Assembly (NCBI RefSeq): GCF_009914755.1
Contig: NC_060926.1
DNA: 64,000 nucleotides
DNA from: the human T2T-CHM13v2.0 reference genome, Homo sapiens
Strand: one strand, 5' to 3'
Shown here: positions 34,658-50,521 of the stretch, in pieces
How positions within the stretch are numbered: the stretch's first letter is position 1
Layout of the letters: the number at the start of each line of letters is the position of its first letter
Program-made: the position numbers and the translations under genes
The notes under the pieces: generated by a model
What the model saw: the letters and a program-made list of their open reading frames with translations, nothing else
Database searches by the model: none
Told to the model about the DNA's origin: nothing

Positions 34658-35099
34658 CTCTGGGTTTTCTTTTTGCCTCCCTCATATTCCAGATGGGAAG
34701 CTGGGGGAAGTGTCAACCTGAAACCATTAACAGGCACAGAAAAAAAGAAAAAGCCCCAAGAAAAGCCTGTTTATTCTAGCCAAAGGACCAAGAAATGGCC
34801 ATCCAAGAAGACAATACCCACCCAATTCCAGCCAAACACAGAAAGAAAAACTGCTCCCTATGCCCACCCAGGCCCCATGGTGTTGGTGGGGCTGAGTGGG
34901 GAGCTGCATTTCGGGCCCCACCTGGAGTCAGTGAAATTACACCTGAACCTGGTGGCGATGAGGTGATGAGTGTATGTGCTTGGCTTCTGCTGGTGTCAGT
35001 GGGCCCCAGCCGGGAGCTGAATGTCCACTCTCACTTTGGCCTTCATGCTCTTTCTAAATAGGGTGACTACCTACAGAAAAGAAAGAAAAAAGGTTAAGT

Positions 35100-35935
35100 G
35101 AGATCTAGAGTCTTAACGCACAATGTCCTTCTAAGGAATGTGGTTTTGCCAAGAACCAGGAAAATCTCAGTTTGAATGAGAAAAGACAATCAATAGATGT
35201 CAACACAGAGATGATACAGAAATTAGATGGTAAAGCAGTCATCATTAAAATGCTGCAATAAGAAATTACAAACATGTTTGAAACAAACGAAAAATAAAGT
35301 CTTAGCAAGGCAACTGAAGGTATAAGGAAAAGCAAATGAAAAGTTTAGAACTAAAAAATACAATAACTGAAATAAAAAACTCATTGTGTGCACTCAATAG
35401 CAGGATGAATAAAAAGATGAAAGAATTGGTGAACTTGAAGACAGAACAAAAGAAATTACCTGATTTGAACAGTGGGGAAACAGATGGAAAAAAAAATGAC
35501 AAGAGCCTCAGGGATCTGTGGGACAACAACAAAAGATCGAATATTTGTGTTATTGGAGTTCCAGAAGGAGATAAGGAAGTATGGGCTGAAAAAGATTTGG
35601 AAAAATGACGATTGAAAACTTGCCAAATTTGGCAAAAGACACAAACCAAACTTGGCAAAAGACACAAACCAACAGAGGCTGATGAATCCCAGACAAGATA
35701 AGCCCGAAGAAATCCACACTGAAATCATCAGTCAAAAACTAAAGACAAAGAAAAATCTTGAAAGCATCTAGGGAGATAAGGCATTACCTTTAAAGAGATG
35801 ATGGAGGGGCCGGGTGCGGTGGCTCACGCCTGTAATCCCAACACTTTGGGAGGTGGTGGCAGGTGGAGATGATGGAGGATTTCTCATAAGTGAACACAGA
35901 GGCCAGAAGGAAGAGGAACATTTTTCAAGTAAAAT
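35100..35935 (+). mobile_element. Old L1M 5' region with decayed ORF1p
   Basis: ORF 35336-35608 reads ELKNTITEIKNS...SLRDLWDNNKRSNICVIGVPEG, the L1 ORF1p coiled-coil/RRM boundary; stops and frameshifts around it; ~23-bp tandem duplication at ~35625-35670. Confidence 0.85.
35808..35867 (+). mobile_element. Alu 5' fragment (~60 nt) flanked by a TSD
   Basis: Matches Alu nt 1-59; gagatgatggagg on both sides. Confidence 0.85.
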
Positions 35936-35983
35936 GCTGACTTGCTCCAAAATGTCTTTTTCTGCTGCCTTAAACTCACGCCA

Positions 35984-36284
<301 letters not shown>

Positions 36285-36965
36285 TAATTCCTTTATTTAA
36301 GCATTACCTTCTCCATGAGCATTACTCATAAATTGCAGTCTCATCTTCTTAGTGGAAATGTTAACTTTTTTTCATTAAAGCTTTGTCTAGATAATTCTTA
36401 AAAATAATTATTGGGATTAAATATCTTAACTTTTCTAATTGGTTATTGCTAAGTTATGGAAAATCTATTATTCTGAAAATTTAGCTTGTATTCTAGCTAC
36501 ATTGCTGAATTCCTATGAATTTTAATAGTTTTAGAGCTTATTCTTTGTAATTTATAGATAAACAAAATATCACCCAACAATGCGTTCTTCTCTATGCCAT
36601 TCTAAAATGTCCAATTCTTATTTCCATTTCATGTATTTATAGTATTGGCTAAAAAAATCTAGAAAAAGGGTAATAATAACTGTTGTAGGAAGTAGTCTTG
36701 TTTTTAATTTTAACTAGCTGTGTTTAATTTTAACTAGTAGTGTTTTCTAAAGTGTGTTTCATGTGGTTCTAAGGTTTCTGAATGTTTTGGTAATGTTTGG
36801 CTAAACAGAATACATATATTATATATATATTTATATATACACTGCACAGCTTCTGAGTCTTAGATAGGACGGTGCTCACTGTGCATTTTCAGGAGGTAAG
36901 GGCAGCAGGCAAGGGCCCCTTCCTCTTTTTCGCTTTATTTGTAGACTCTTTCATGCATCAGTTGT

Positions 36966-37373
36966 TAGATAGTTGGCCCTCCAAATCTCATGTTGAAATT
37001 TGATCTCCAACATGAAAGGTGGAGCCTATTGCCAGGTGTTTGGGTCATGGAGGTGGATCCTTCATAAAGGGCTTGGTGCTGTCCTTGTGGTGACGAGTAA
37101 GTTCCAGCTCTCTTGGTTCCCATGAGAACTGGTTGTTGAAAAGAACCTGGGATTTCCTCCCCATCTCTCTCTTCCTTCTTCCCTTGCTATGTGATGCCTG
37201 CTCCCCTTCCCCTTCTGCCACGAGTGGAAGCAGCCTGAGGTGTTCACTAGAAGCAGATACAGGCATCGTGCTTCTGATACAGTCTGCAGAACCATGAGCC
37301 AGTTAAACCTCTTTTCTTTATAAACTACCCAGCCTCAGGTATCCCTTTCTAGCAATGCAAATGGACTAAGACA
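36966..37373 (+). mobile_element. MSTB-type MaLR solo LTR
   Basis: ccctccaaatctcatgttgaaatttgatc ... aaactacccagcctcaggtat...ggactaagaca; sits within a probable hAT-Charlie remnant (~36739-37404). Confidence 0.85.
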
Positions 37374-38174
37374 GTTGTCTAGGGGCACACTTGGGAAAAT
37401 GCTGCTTTAGAATTTCCCTGGGATGTATGCTGTGAGGAGTTGGGTTGAAATGATGTTCTCTGTAATAAAAGAAGTATCTTCCTAGTTCTGAAATATTCAC
37501 TTCAGTTATCTTTGGCTCATGGAATTGGACTGGGAAAGTCAAGTGATTAAAATGAAGTTTTTTTTTTATTCTCATATTATCAAACGGTTTTAAATAAACT
37601 GGTATTAGCTTTAAAATTAAACAAGAACCCATGAAATGCAAATACTTCTGGAGAGAGAACATCTTCAGTGTGGATTTGATCAGAATTGTTCTCTGTGAGG
37701 AAGGAAGGTGCCATCTGAGAGTTCCTGTGTGTGTGTGTGTAGGGAGCTGAAAGAGGAAGCCAGGACGGAGGTAGGGGTTTGAGGCACATCACTGAGTGGG
37801 TGACATCATTTTGATTGGCTGCCAGCCAGAGGCCGTTAGGGGCCTGGGCTTTTTTTCTGCCCGTTTCAATTGTAGCCAAATTCGCCATCAGCAAGTTAAG
37901 TGAAAATCTTTTAGGCCAGTTGTTCACACATTTGGTGGATGAAATCAAATATTCGAATCACTTTTTCTGGCATTCAACAAATTCAATTTTTATGTAAAAT
38001 CATCTCCTAACTCTTCAGAAAGCTGTTTATTTTTCTACTAAGAAGGCACAAGTTCAATGCTCTTTTTCAAATGAATATAATTTCTTGAAAGCCAAAAATT
38101 ATAGCTTGTAATGATGTTTTTCTTTTCTTGTGATGAAATACCTCTGATCTTGGTCTATTTAATGGCAGCATTTG

Positions 38175-38268
38175 AATTTTCTTTCTCTCTCTTTCCTTCC
38201 TCCCCCCTTCCTCTCGCCTCCCTTTCTTTCTTCCCTCTTTCTCTTTCTTCTTTCCTTCCTTTCTTCCT
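38175..38268. repeat. CT-rich low-complexity tract
   Basis: Nearly pure pyrimidine run. Confidence 0.85.
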
Positions 38269-38409
38269 GGGAGAGGGACATTAGGAGGGGAAACTGTCTC
38301 TTCTGAATGGTCTTTTCAAAATGCCTTTATTAAAGTCACCTATTAGTAGGATCTAGGAGATCCAACAAAGAAAAGAAATAACAACAACAGCAGCCACTCC
38401 TCCTCCTGC

Positions 38410-38605
38410 TAATGTCTGTTTACTAAGCACTTTGCATATGAGAGGGACTATTCTAAGTGCTTTGCATGTATCATCTTATTTGAGCCTCCCAACATTCCTG
38501 TGAGCAGGAATTATCCGTAGATCTGAGGAAACAGAGAGGTTAAGTAATTCACTCAAGATCACACAGTTAGTAAATTACAGAGCCAGAACTTGAATCCATG
38601 CATCT
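38410..38605. mobile_element. MIR
   Basis: MIR core gaggaaacagagaggttaagtaattcactcaagatcacacagttagtaa. Confidence 0.75.
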
Positions 38606-39581
38606 TCCACTATCTACTCCAACCAGCTACATTTATTGTACAAATTAGAAATTATGAGTGACTTCAAATTAAGGCATTTCCCTTGAGAGAAGAAAAAAAT
38701 ATGAATCTGTTGATACTCTGGTGGAAAGAGAGAGAAAGCAGGGGAAAGGGGAAGAAATTTCAGAAGAAATGAATCAACAGATGATGTGATGTCAGAACAC
38801 GGGGGGATTTCACTCCCTTCATTTTACTAGTAAGGAAACTGGGGCCCAGAGAGGGGAGGGGCCAAGTCTTGGTTGCAGCAGGTGTTGGTTCAGAGCCTGG
38901 TGTGGAGTCCAGCACTGGTGGTTTCCAACCCAGTCCTCCTCTCCTTCCATCTTACCAGGCTGCCTTCCAAATGATATATGTTTTAAGGCTCCAATTTAGT
39001 TGTTTTTAGAATGTCAAAGCCATTAGAAATTCCACGTGATGGAATGAAATTAACGAGAGCCTATTTTCCTTTTCAAAAAGTGGGAGAAGCTCCCAGACTT
39101 GTTACTGAAGCTTGAGGACACAACTTGTAGTTCTATTTACATTTACAGCTCGACTTCCGTTTCACATCTCAGAAACTGGGCCCTGATCAAAGCTGAGGCA
39201 TCCCGTTTCTTTTGTCACTCAAAGATCATATGCAGTATTTTGTGTTATCTTATTGGTTGAGGTCAAAGCCAATTAACTTGGTAAATACTGGGAACTTCCT
39301 CACTAAGGAATCCAGACAGACGCTGCTAGGTCTGTTGTAGAACCAGACAAGATTTCCCCCTTCTGGGATTCCACCCTCCCCCAATTTTTCCGATTTTATG
39401 GTTTCTATGGCATCCTGGGCTTCTGCCTGGCATGGGGTTCAGTTTCAGCCACACCACTTAGTGTGTGTGTGTGACTTTTATTAATCACAACAGCTAACAC
39501 GGTTAATAGCATTTATTTTGTGCCAGATGGTTTTCTCTAGCACTCTCTGTATGTTAACTCATTTATACTTTTAACAACCTT

Positions 39582-40470
<889 letters not shown>

Positions 40471-41002
40471 CAGGTAGGTACTATTATCGTCTTCGTTTTA
40501 CCTGTGAGGAGACTGAGGCTCAGGCCCAAGGTCACACAGTTAGAAAATGGCACAACTTGGAACAAACGTTTTTCTCTCTGGCTCCAGAGATGGTCCATTT
40601 GACTAATATGATGTTTGACCTAAGGCAAGTTACTTAATTTCATCATCCTCAGTTTTCTCATCTCTATTAATCCTTATATTACTGGATAAGAGGACTAAGT
40701 GAGATATAACGCATAATATCCTAGGTGTGGTCGTGGTAATGATGATGATGACGACAATAAAAGATGTCACTTGTGAGGCGCAGGAGGTCAGCACTGCACA
40801 AGCTTTGGGCGGGAGAGTGTGGAGTAGGGAGAGACCTGGAATGTTTCCCAAAGGGGGCTTCTGCTGGTGTCTTCTGGTCTTCCTCTTCCTTTGGCTTTGT
40901 TCTCAGCAGTCAAATGCCTCTTTTCAAACTTCTACCTTAGCAGCTCTCCTCACACGCCAACTCCTTGCTCCAGCCCCACACACATATTCACAACTAGCTC
41001 AA

Positions 41003-41297
41003 TTTTTTTTTTTTTGAGACAGAGTCTCACTCTGTCACCCAAGCTGGAGTGCAGTGGCACAATGTAGGCTCATTGCAACCTCCACCTCCTGCGTTCAAGC
41101 GATTCTCCTGACTCAGCCTCCCAAGTAGCTGGGATTACAGGCATGCACCATAATGTCCGGCTAATTTTTGTAATTTTAGTAGAGATAGGGTTTCACTATG
41201 TTGGCCCGGCTGGTCTGGAACTCATGGCCTCAAGCAATCAGCCCGCCTCGGCCTCCCAAAGTGCTGGGATTATAGGAGTGAGCCACCGTGCCCGGCT
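41003..41297 (-). mobile_element. AluSz-type SINE
   Basis: Full Alu; its TSD tagctcaatttt is displaced by an inserted segment (see findings). Confidence 0.92.
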
Positions 41298-41376
41298 GGG
41301 TTTCCTCATTTTTTTCAGGCTTGAAATTTGAAGACATTAATAGTAACTTCCCAAGATGCATTTTTTTCAAAAGCAT
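41298..41376 (+). repeat. 79-bp copy of 42628-42706
   Basis: Identical except for one base (atagtaac vs ataataac). Confidence 0.95.
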
Positions 41377-42129
41377 GCATTCAAAAGCATAGCTCAAATT
41401 TTTAACCAGCTCTTTTATGCCAAAATCCAGGGGCAGGGCAGACTCCACTTAGGAGACTGTCATCTGTGCCAGGGCTGATGGAGGCCTTTGGGACACCCTG
41501 CTTGCTGTCCCAATAGCCCTTGGTCAAGCTGACAGTTCAGACCCAAGTTGAGAGGGAAGTGCTAATGTCAGAATGGGGAATGGAGATTTTGAGAGAAAAG
41601 ACCAAAAGTAGGTACATATGCGTATATGGAACTTTTATCTGATCCTAAAAGGACTCTATGTTCATTGTCCAAAATATAGAAGTGTATTAAGAGTAAAAGT
41701 CTCGCATAATTTTACCACTAGAGAGAATCGCTGTTAATATTTCCCGTGTATTTTCTACTAATCTTTTTTTTCTGCATGTATACATACTGTGAACAGTTTT
41801 GTGTCTTTTTTTTGCAGTTAATGGTATATTGTGATCGCCTCTTTATACCATTAAATTGTGTTCAAAGGATGTTATTTTTATTAGTTCTATAAGATATTCT
41901 ATTTATATTCCATTCTCTTTATATCTAGATGGAAACCAAGAATGAGTCTCACTGGTATTTTAAAGGTTTCTTATGACTTTCTTGTTGATTATTTGGGTCC
42001 ATTTTTTTTCTTTTTGGTAGAGCAAGAACCCAGCAGAGTCGAGTTTCAATGGGAGCAGGATGGAGAAGAGGTTGAGAAAGTCCTGTTGCATAGGGGCTGT
42101 GCATGTGTGTGTGTATCTTTGTGGAGTGA

Positions 42130-42627
<498 letters not shown>

Positions 42628-42803
42628 GGGTTTCCTCATTTTTTTCAGGCTTGAAATTTGAAGACATTAATAATAACTTCCCAAGATGCATTTTTTTCAA
42701 AAGCATAAGAAGGCTCCAGTTTAGAACAAGTGCTGAGATGGACAGTGAGTCAGGGTCAAGTTCTGGGCTGCCTTTGCACCTGGGCTTGTCTTTATCCTAG
42801 CTT

Positions 42804-43285
42804 GTGGTAGCCATTCTCCAAAGATGACCATGCCTCCCAGTATTTCTTCCCTTGTATAGTCCTCTTCCCTTGAATCCAGGCTAGATCTCTGACTTGATTT
42901 TGATCCATAGAATGCAACAGAAGAGAGTGCACGGCTTCTGAGGTTGCAGCTTTTGGGAGAAGCCATCTACCATTGATGACAGACATGCCGTGTGGAAACC
43001 AAACCAGCCATGTGGAGAGGCTACCTGGACAGAGGCACAGGGCCAGCAGCAGCTGTGGAGACAGACATGTGAGCAAAGAAATCATCTTTGATGTACAGCC
43101 AAGTTGAGCCTTCAGATGACTCCGATTTCAGCCACCTTTGGACTGCAACCACATGAAAGACTCTAAATAGAAGCCTCCCAGCTGATCCTGGTTAACCCAC
43201 AGTGCTGAAGGGGATAATAATAAATTGTTGTTTTAAGCCACTAAGTTTTGTGGGCCTTTGTTGCATAGCAATAGATTATCCAAAC
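42804..43285 (+). mobile_element. MLT1G/H-type LTR
   Basis: tgtggtagccattctccaaagatgacc ... ttgttgttttaagccactaagtttt...gcaatagat. Confidence 0.75.
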
Positions 43286-45575
43286 TATTTTTTTTATTGC
43301 AAGGTATTCTAGGTGTCTGCTGAGCTCAGGAAACTGGGAACTCCTTCAAGGCAGGGCCTGCATTTTAGCATTTTTGTTATTGTGAGAGCTAAATCCTTCG
43401 GCATGGAGAGGCAAACCTGGAATATTCAAACAGTACTTTGTTAGAAGTCTTGGGATAACATAAGAAGCAAATACAGAGAAGTGTATGAAATGCTAATCTG
43501 TCTACAAAATGTATCTTATTCATTTTCTGCTGTGGTCCACCATGGGATGCTTCTATTCCAGGCACTTGACCAGCTTCTAGGTGACAGAGGTCATTTTTTT
43601 CTTTACATACTTTTGAAAAAGTAAATACACTGATTTAAAATAAATTGGTTTAAAATGGAAAGATACAAAAGTCTCCCTCTCATCCCCATCCACAGCCATC
43701 TGATTCCCTCCAAAGGGCTCCAATAATGCCAGTTTCTTGTGTACTGTCCTGGAAATATTTGATCACCTATATAAGCATTTTATATGTGCATATGCTATAC
43801 ATCTATCTGCACATATATGGAATAAATATGCTTATGTATGCTAGCATACTATGTGCACTTTTTTCATATAATAATATATCTTGGAGATCTTCCCATATTG
43901 TTCTTTTTTATGGCTACCTAGTATTCTGTTGTTTCATTGTACCACAATGTATTTAATATCCTCTTGTTGAGAGACATTTAGAATATCATCAATATTTTGC
44001 TATTAAAAACAACACTGCTATGAATACCATGTGTTATAATATTACAAGTTATACCAGTACCATTTTGCACGTGTGTATTCCTCTGGAGAGTGTATTCCTA
44101 AGACTGGCGTTGTTGGGTCCGGCTGTCTGAATTCATGGTTCTCATGGGAGATGGGGCCTTTTCTGGAGAAACTCCATCTGGCCACTAAAATGCCCAGAGA
44201 CAATACATACACTTAGGGATGCTTGCAGCCACAGCAGGATCTGTTAGCCTCGAGATTCTGATTTCCTCCCCAACAGCCCAAGGCAGGGAGTGCCGGATGG
44301 TGAGTTTGTGTGAAGGGCTAGAGAGTGAGGGGCCTCGGAGGGGACTGGCCTGGAAAGATAGAGCATTACACTCTTCTTTAGTGGGGGAACCAGGGAGTTA
44401 TTTTCCCGTGTACAGCTGAGTTTATCCGGGTACTAGGGTAGCACAAGGACTGACCTACTTGCTGAATCTTACCCATCAAGAAACTTTCCAAAGTTTTCAA
44501 GAAGAATAGGCCAGGCTCTGGCCCTGCCTCCTGGCTATTGAAAGTTTAAAAGTATCTTTTCACTCGTGAGTGATCTCCAGCTTAGATTTTTGACCGAATT
44601 AGACTGGCCTTTCCCCTAAACTAGAAGCAAAGAAAGAGGCTTTGTAGCGCTGAAGGCCAGCAGGCATTACTTTAGCTCTGTTAGTTGAAGTTCTCGAAAA
44701 TAGCCAAAAGATGGCACTAGACACGAATGATTCCACCTGGCTTCGAGGCCACCACTGCTTTCAGGGACGCCGCCAAAGCCAGAGCCTGCTTGAGCTTCCT
44801 GCCTTTTCCTGAGCTTCTGAAGCACATAATCCTTACTAGAACATGATGTTAATGAGGATGCCAAAAACAGGAAAGGAAGCAGAATGAAAGCAAGCCAACA
44901 AACAGAACAATGCCGAGCGAAGAAACAAAATGGTTTTGCTCGTGTGTCAGAGGATGGGCGGGCTCCCACAGCAATGAGAGACCTTTAGGGCAGCTTGCTT
45001 GCTCTGCCCCCAGCTCCATCCAGAAGGGTCTTATTCAGGCACTGTGGGTGTAGGCTAGATGGTGGTGGCTTAAGTTTTCATTCTGCATCTCCTAAGAAAG
45101 ACCTTGCAAAGTCCCAAGCCTTGGAGGCATCTTTGTTAGGGCTACCCTTACACCCTTTGTGGGTCTGGCCTTGGGACCATGGCCTTAGCCTGTCTGCTGC
45201 ATCCTACATCCCATCTGTCCAGCCATGTGCAGCCCTCACACAGCCCCAGGGCTCCTCTCCCATCTTCTCGAGGGGCCTTCTGCCACCAGGCAGAGTCTGG
45301 TCATTCCAGGGTAATTCCCCACAAGAGTCAGGGCTGGGGACCCTCTGGTGTACTGGACTCCACAGCCCCTGGGCATGAAGGTGACAGTGGTGGGGTCAGC
45401 ACTGATGTAACTGTCATAGCATTGGCACTTCGTAAGTACCTAACGAATAAACCAAACAGCAAACAAAACTCCTTTGTCTGGATGGGACAAAGGAGTTTCA
45501 GAAAGTTACAGGGAGGGCTGGTGTTGTGAGGAGAAACTCAGGCCATTGCCTTTATTCCCTCCTGACCACCAGGGC

Positions 45576-47843
45576 TGATATGGTTTGGCCGTGTCCCCAC
45601 CCAAATCTCAGCTTGAATTGTATCTCCCAGAATTCTCATGTGTTGTGGGAGGGACCCAGAGGGGGAAGTAATTGAATCATGGGAGCTGGTCTTTCCCATG
45701 CCATTCTTGTGACAGTGAATAAGTCTCATGAGATCTGATGGGTTTATCAGGGGTTTCTGCTTTTGCTTCTTCCTCATTTTTCTCTTGTTGCCGCCATGTA
45801 AGAAGTGCCTTTCGCCTCTCGCCATGATTCTGAGGCCTCCCCAGCCATGTGGAACTGTAAATCCAATTAAACATCTTTTTCTTCCCAGTCTTGGGTATGT
45901 CTTTATCAGCAGCATGAAAATGGACTAATACAATAAATTGGTACCAGTTGAGTGGGGCGTTGCTGAAAAGATACCTGAAAATGTGAAAGTCACTTTGGAA
46001 TGGGGTAACAGGCAGAGGTTGGAACAGTTTAGAGGGCTCAGAAGAAGACAGGAAAATGTGAGAAAGTTTGAAGCTTCCTAGAGACTTGTTGAATGGCTTT
46101 GACAAAGATACTGATAATGATATGGACAATGAAATCCAGGCTGAGGTGGTCTCAAATGTAGATGAGGAACTTTTTGGGAACCGGAGCAAAGGTGACTCTT
46201 GTTATGTTTTAGCAAAGAGAATGGCAGCATTTTGACCCTGCCCTAGAGATTTGTTCAAAGAACTTGAGAGAGATGATTTAAGGTATCTGACAGAAGAAAT
46301 TTCTAAGCAGCAAAGCATTCGAGATGTGAATTGGGTGCTGTTAAAAGCATTCTGTTTTAAAAGGGAAACAGAGCACAAATGTTCAGAAAATTTGCAGCCT
46401 GATGATGCAGTAGAAAAGAAAAACCCATTTTTTGAGGAGAAATTCAAGCTGGCTACAGAAATTTGCATAAGTAACAAGGAGCTGTATGTTAATCCCTAAG
46501 ACAATGGGGAAAATGTCTCCAGGGCAGCCCCTGCCGTCACAGACCCGGAAGCCTAGGAAGAAAACATGGTTTCATGTGCTGGGCCCAGGGTCCCCATGCT
46601 GTGTGCAGTGGAGGGACTTGGTGCCCTGCATCCCAGCTGCTCCAGCTATTGCTAAAAGGGGCCAAGGTACAGCTCGGCCCATGGTTTCAGAGGGTGCAAG
46701 CCCCAAACCTTGGCAGCTTCCACTTGGTATTGAGCCTGTGGGTGCACAGAAGTCAAGAATTGAGGTTTGGGAACCTCCACCTAGATTTCAGCAGATGTAT
46801 GGAAATGCCTGGATGCCCAGGCAAAAGTTTGCTGCAGGAGCAGGGCCTTCATGGAGAACCTCTGCTAGGGCAATGGGGAAGGGAAATGTGGGGTCAGAGG
46901 CCCCAGACAGAGTCCCTACTGGGGCACTGCCTGGTGGAGCTGTGAGAAGACGGCCACCATCCTCCAGATCCCAGAATGGTTGATCCACCGACAGCTTGCA
47001 CCGTGTGCCTGGAAAAGCCGCAGACACTCAATGCCAGCCTGTGAAAGCAGCCGGGAGGGGGGATATACCCTGCTAAGCCGCAGGGGTTGAGCTGTCCAAG
47101 ACTATGGGAGCCCACCTTTTGCATAAGCGTGACCTGGATGTGAGACCTGGAGTCAAAGGAGATCATTTTGGAGCTTTAAAATCTGACTGCACCTGCTGGG
47201 TTTTGGAATTGCATGGGGCCTGTAACCCCTTTGTTTTGGTCAATTTCTCTCACTTGGAACAGCTGTATTTACCCAGTACCTGTACCCCCATTGTTTCTAA
47301 GAAGTAACTAGCTTGCTTTTGATTTTACAGGCTCATAGGTGGAAGAGACTTGCCCTGTCTCAGATGAGACTTTGGACCATGCACTTTTGGGTTAACGCTG
47401 AAATGAGTTAAGACTTTGGGGGACTTTTGGGAAGGCACGATTGGTTTTGAAATGTGAGAACATAAGATTTAGAGGGGCCGGGGTGGAATGATATGGCTTG
47501 GCTACGTCCTCACCCAAATCTCAACTTGAATTGTATCTCCCAGAATTCCCATGTGTTGTGGGAGGGACCCAGTGGGAGGTAATTGAATCATGGGGGCTGG
47601 TCTTTCCCATGCCATTCTTGTGATAGTGAATAAGTCTCATGAGATCTGATGGGTTTATCCGGGGTTTCTACTTTTGCTTCCTCCTCATTTTTCTCTTGTT
47701 GCCGCCATGTAAGAAGTGCCTTTTGCCTCCCGCCATGATTCTGAGGCCTTCCCAGTCATGTAGAACTGTAAGTCCAATTAAACTTATTTTTGTTCCCAGT
47801 TTTGAGTATGTCTTTATCAGCAGTGTAAAAACGAACTAATACA
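45576..47843 (+). mobile_element. Complete THE1A MaLR element (LTR-int-LTR)
   Basis: 5' LTR 45576-45932, internal region 45933-47488, 3' LTR 47489-47843; TG...CA ends, polypurine tract before the 3' LTR, TSD agggc / aggac. Confidence 0.95.
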
Positions 47844-47983
47844 AGGACTTATGGAGAATTGCACCTGTGTGAGCCTTGTGGCTTCCGGGGCCTCTCTCCA
47901 GTTCTCCTTTTTTCTCTTCCTTCCTTCCTCTCTCCTGAGCGAGGCCTTGCAGAGGATGGAAAGGCCATCACTGCTGGGCATGA

Positions 47984-48292
<309 letters not shown>

Positions 48293-49269
48293 AGAGCTTT
48301 GTTTTTTTTAAATGTATATACATCTTGTGGAGCGAGACCTGTTAGCTGGAGGGCTTCCTTTCCAGAAACTGAAGTAGCTCTGGGGTGGTGGAGAATGCTC
48401 TCTGGCTAAAGAGAGCTGGCCAAGGGCATGGGCAATGGTCTGAAAATGCTGCCTATGGTAGACTGCTGTCCTTCTGTCCCACTGGGTAGTGTATCTGCCC
48501 TGCGGAAGAGGGAACATTTCCTTTCCCCAAGCAAGGGGATGCTAAAGGAGAGAGTTTAGGTTTAGACAAAGGTCAGGGGATGGTGGAACTTGTTGGAGCC
48601 CAGAGTGGGCTGTGGCCTCCTCCTCCTCCCCAAGACTGGTCCTCATCACTTTGCACCACCTGTTGCACGTTTACTGTCATTGGTTATGTCGCAAGTCTGG
48701 CTGCTTCTGATTCCTCTCGGCGCTTGGTGCAAGTGACGTCTGATGCAGGTATGAGTGACACTCAGGTTATGATATTCCAATAGCCAGGGGCTCCGTGGAG
48801 AAGGTGAAGGGCCAGCCACATTAATAAGATTCAAGTCTTCAGCTAGACACGAAAGGAGGAGAGGAATATGAAATACAGAGAAGGAAGAGGCCAAGCAATA
48901 GAGAAAAATGAAAATTGTTAGATATTCGGTGAGCCTATTTTCCAGAACCAGGTAAAGCAGGAAATGAATTGGAGAACTGCACAAAGCCTGGCTTTCAAAG
49001 ACCAGATGTTTCCTGGGGGCAAAAGAAGGGGGAAAAAAAGGGCAGATCCGTCCTATAAAGCAATCCTTTTCTTACTTTTTGAGGATGCCTGGAATGTTAA
49101 CCAAAATGATGAGAAAACAGTCCAACTTCACATAAAGCTTCTCAAGCCAGGCAGCTCTGTTCCTGTAACACCACCGAGCTGTACAGTCCCTGGGCAGACT
49201 CCTCGACAGGGAAGGTGATGGGCTCTTTGCCTGTCTCCGTCAAAGGGGATAAAGAGCATCACTTACTGG

Positions 49270-49470
49270 CCAGTTAGTAAATGCCAGTTTCTGTGCTAAG
49301 TCGTGTACATAGATCTCTTTACTGACAGCACGCATTGCCTCTATGAGCTAGGTTCTACTGTCATCCCCATTTTACAGAGGAGGATACTGAGGCTCTTTAA
49401 GGTCATGGAACTTGCTGGAGGAGTCTGCACTGGTACTGAGCCTGACCGGAAGTCAGCATTCAGCCCCAGA
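49270..49470. mobile_element. MIR
   Basis: catccccattttacagaggaggatactgaggctc. Confidence 0.65.
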
Positions 49471-50521
49471 AGCTCCACCCAATATTGCTTTCATTAGTAG
49501 TGAAATGGATCTTGCTGCTCATGCTCAAATGCATATGTCTAAGCATCCAGAGAAAACCAGGCTCTTAAGTTTGGGGAAAAGAAGACAGAAAAATTGTCCT
49601 GCTGCCACTCCCGCCCTCCCTGCTTTCTTGTTGCCTCTGTTCTTCCTGCCTTTTGTCATTTGATGGCTCTCCCTTGGCCCCTGTCAAAGCCTGGCCACCA
49701 TCAGGGAGAAGGGATAATTGGGGATTGCTCAAAAGCATTCTGAGAGAGAGGTTTTGGGCAGAATAGAAAAAGGAATGATTAGGCCACCCTTGGCCCTCTG
49801 TGGCAGGTGGGGCAGGGAAGCACAAAGCCTGTGGTGTTGGCAGTGCATTCTCCTGCTGCTCCCTTTTTCTTCTCTGGAAGCTCCCTCCATCCATCCCTTC
49901 TGGGTGGGTGAGAGGAGGCATCTGTCACTTGGCTGGCTTTGCCACTACCACTACCCCTGCCCTAGTTCCATGCCCTTAAATAGCGTGCTCTGAGGAGGCC
50001 CTGGTTGGGAAGGCAGGTAGTGATGGTGTCTTAGGGATGCCATCCAGGGAGGGCAGGAACCACTAGTATGGTTGTCCCTCCTTGAAAGGAGTGGAGGGGA
50101 TGGGGATGGGGAGCCGGCAGGAATTTGGCACCTGCCATACCCCAGGCATGCAGCCACACACTCCCCATCTTGCTTAAACCTAAGGACACTTCTGCCTGCG
50201 TGGGGGAAGGCCCATCATCACCCAGCTGGCACTCCCGCCCCAGGTGCAGGGAGCCACCAGCCCGGATGGCTGTGGGTGAGTCAAGCGTTTTGTCATGTGA
50301 CCCTTCTGCTACAACTGACTGGTCCAGGAGTGGCCCCAGATTGTCGCCTGGCACAACCTGCTGAGCTAGAGCAATCGGATTCTTTCTCTCATTTTGAACT
50401 TGAACTAAGAAATGAGGAAAGGGTGCTAGGTGTCTGTGGCAGAGGCTAGGATGTTCAAGTGAGGGGGGGATAGAAACCCAGCTTGAATCCTGCTGGTAGA
50501 GAGAAGAGATTAAAAGCCTGA

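Noticed and set aside
35336-35608. ORF resembling a real protein
   Set aside because: Fragment of decayed L1 ORF1p with flanking stops; no sign of domestication.
45538-47307. Cluster of 90-170-aa ORFs
   Set aside because: All lie within THE1A LTR or internal sequence and are broken by stops.
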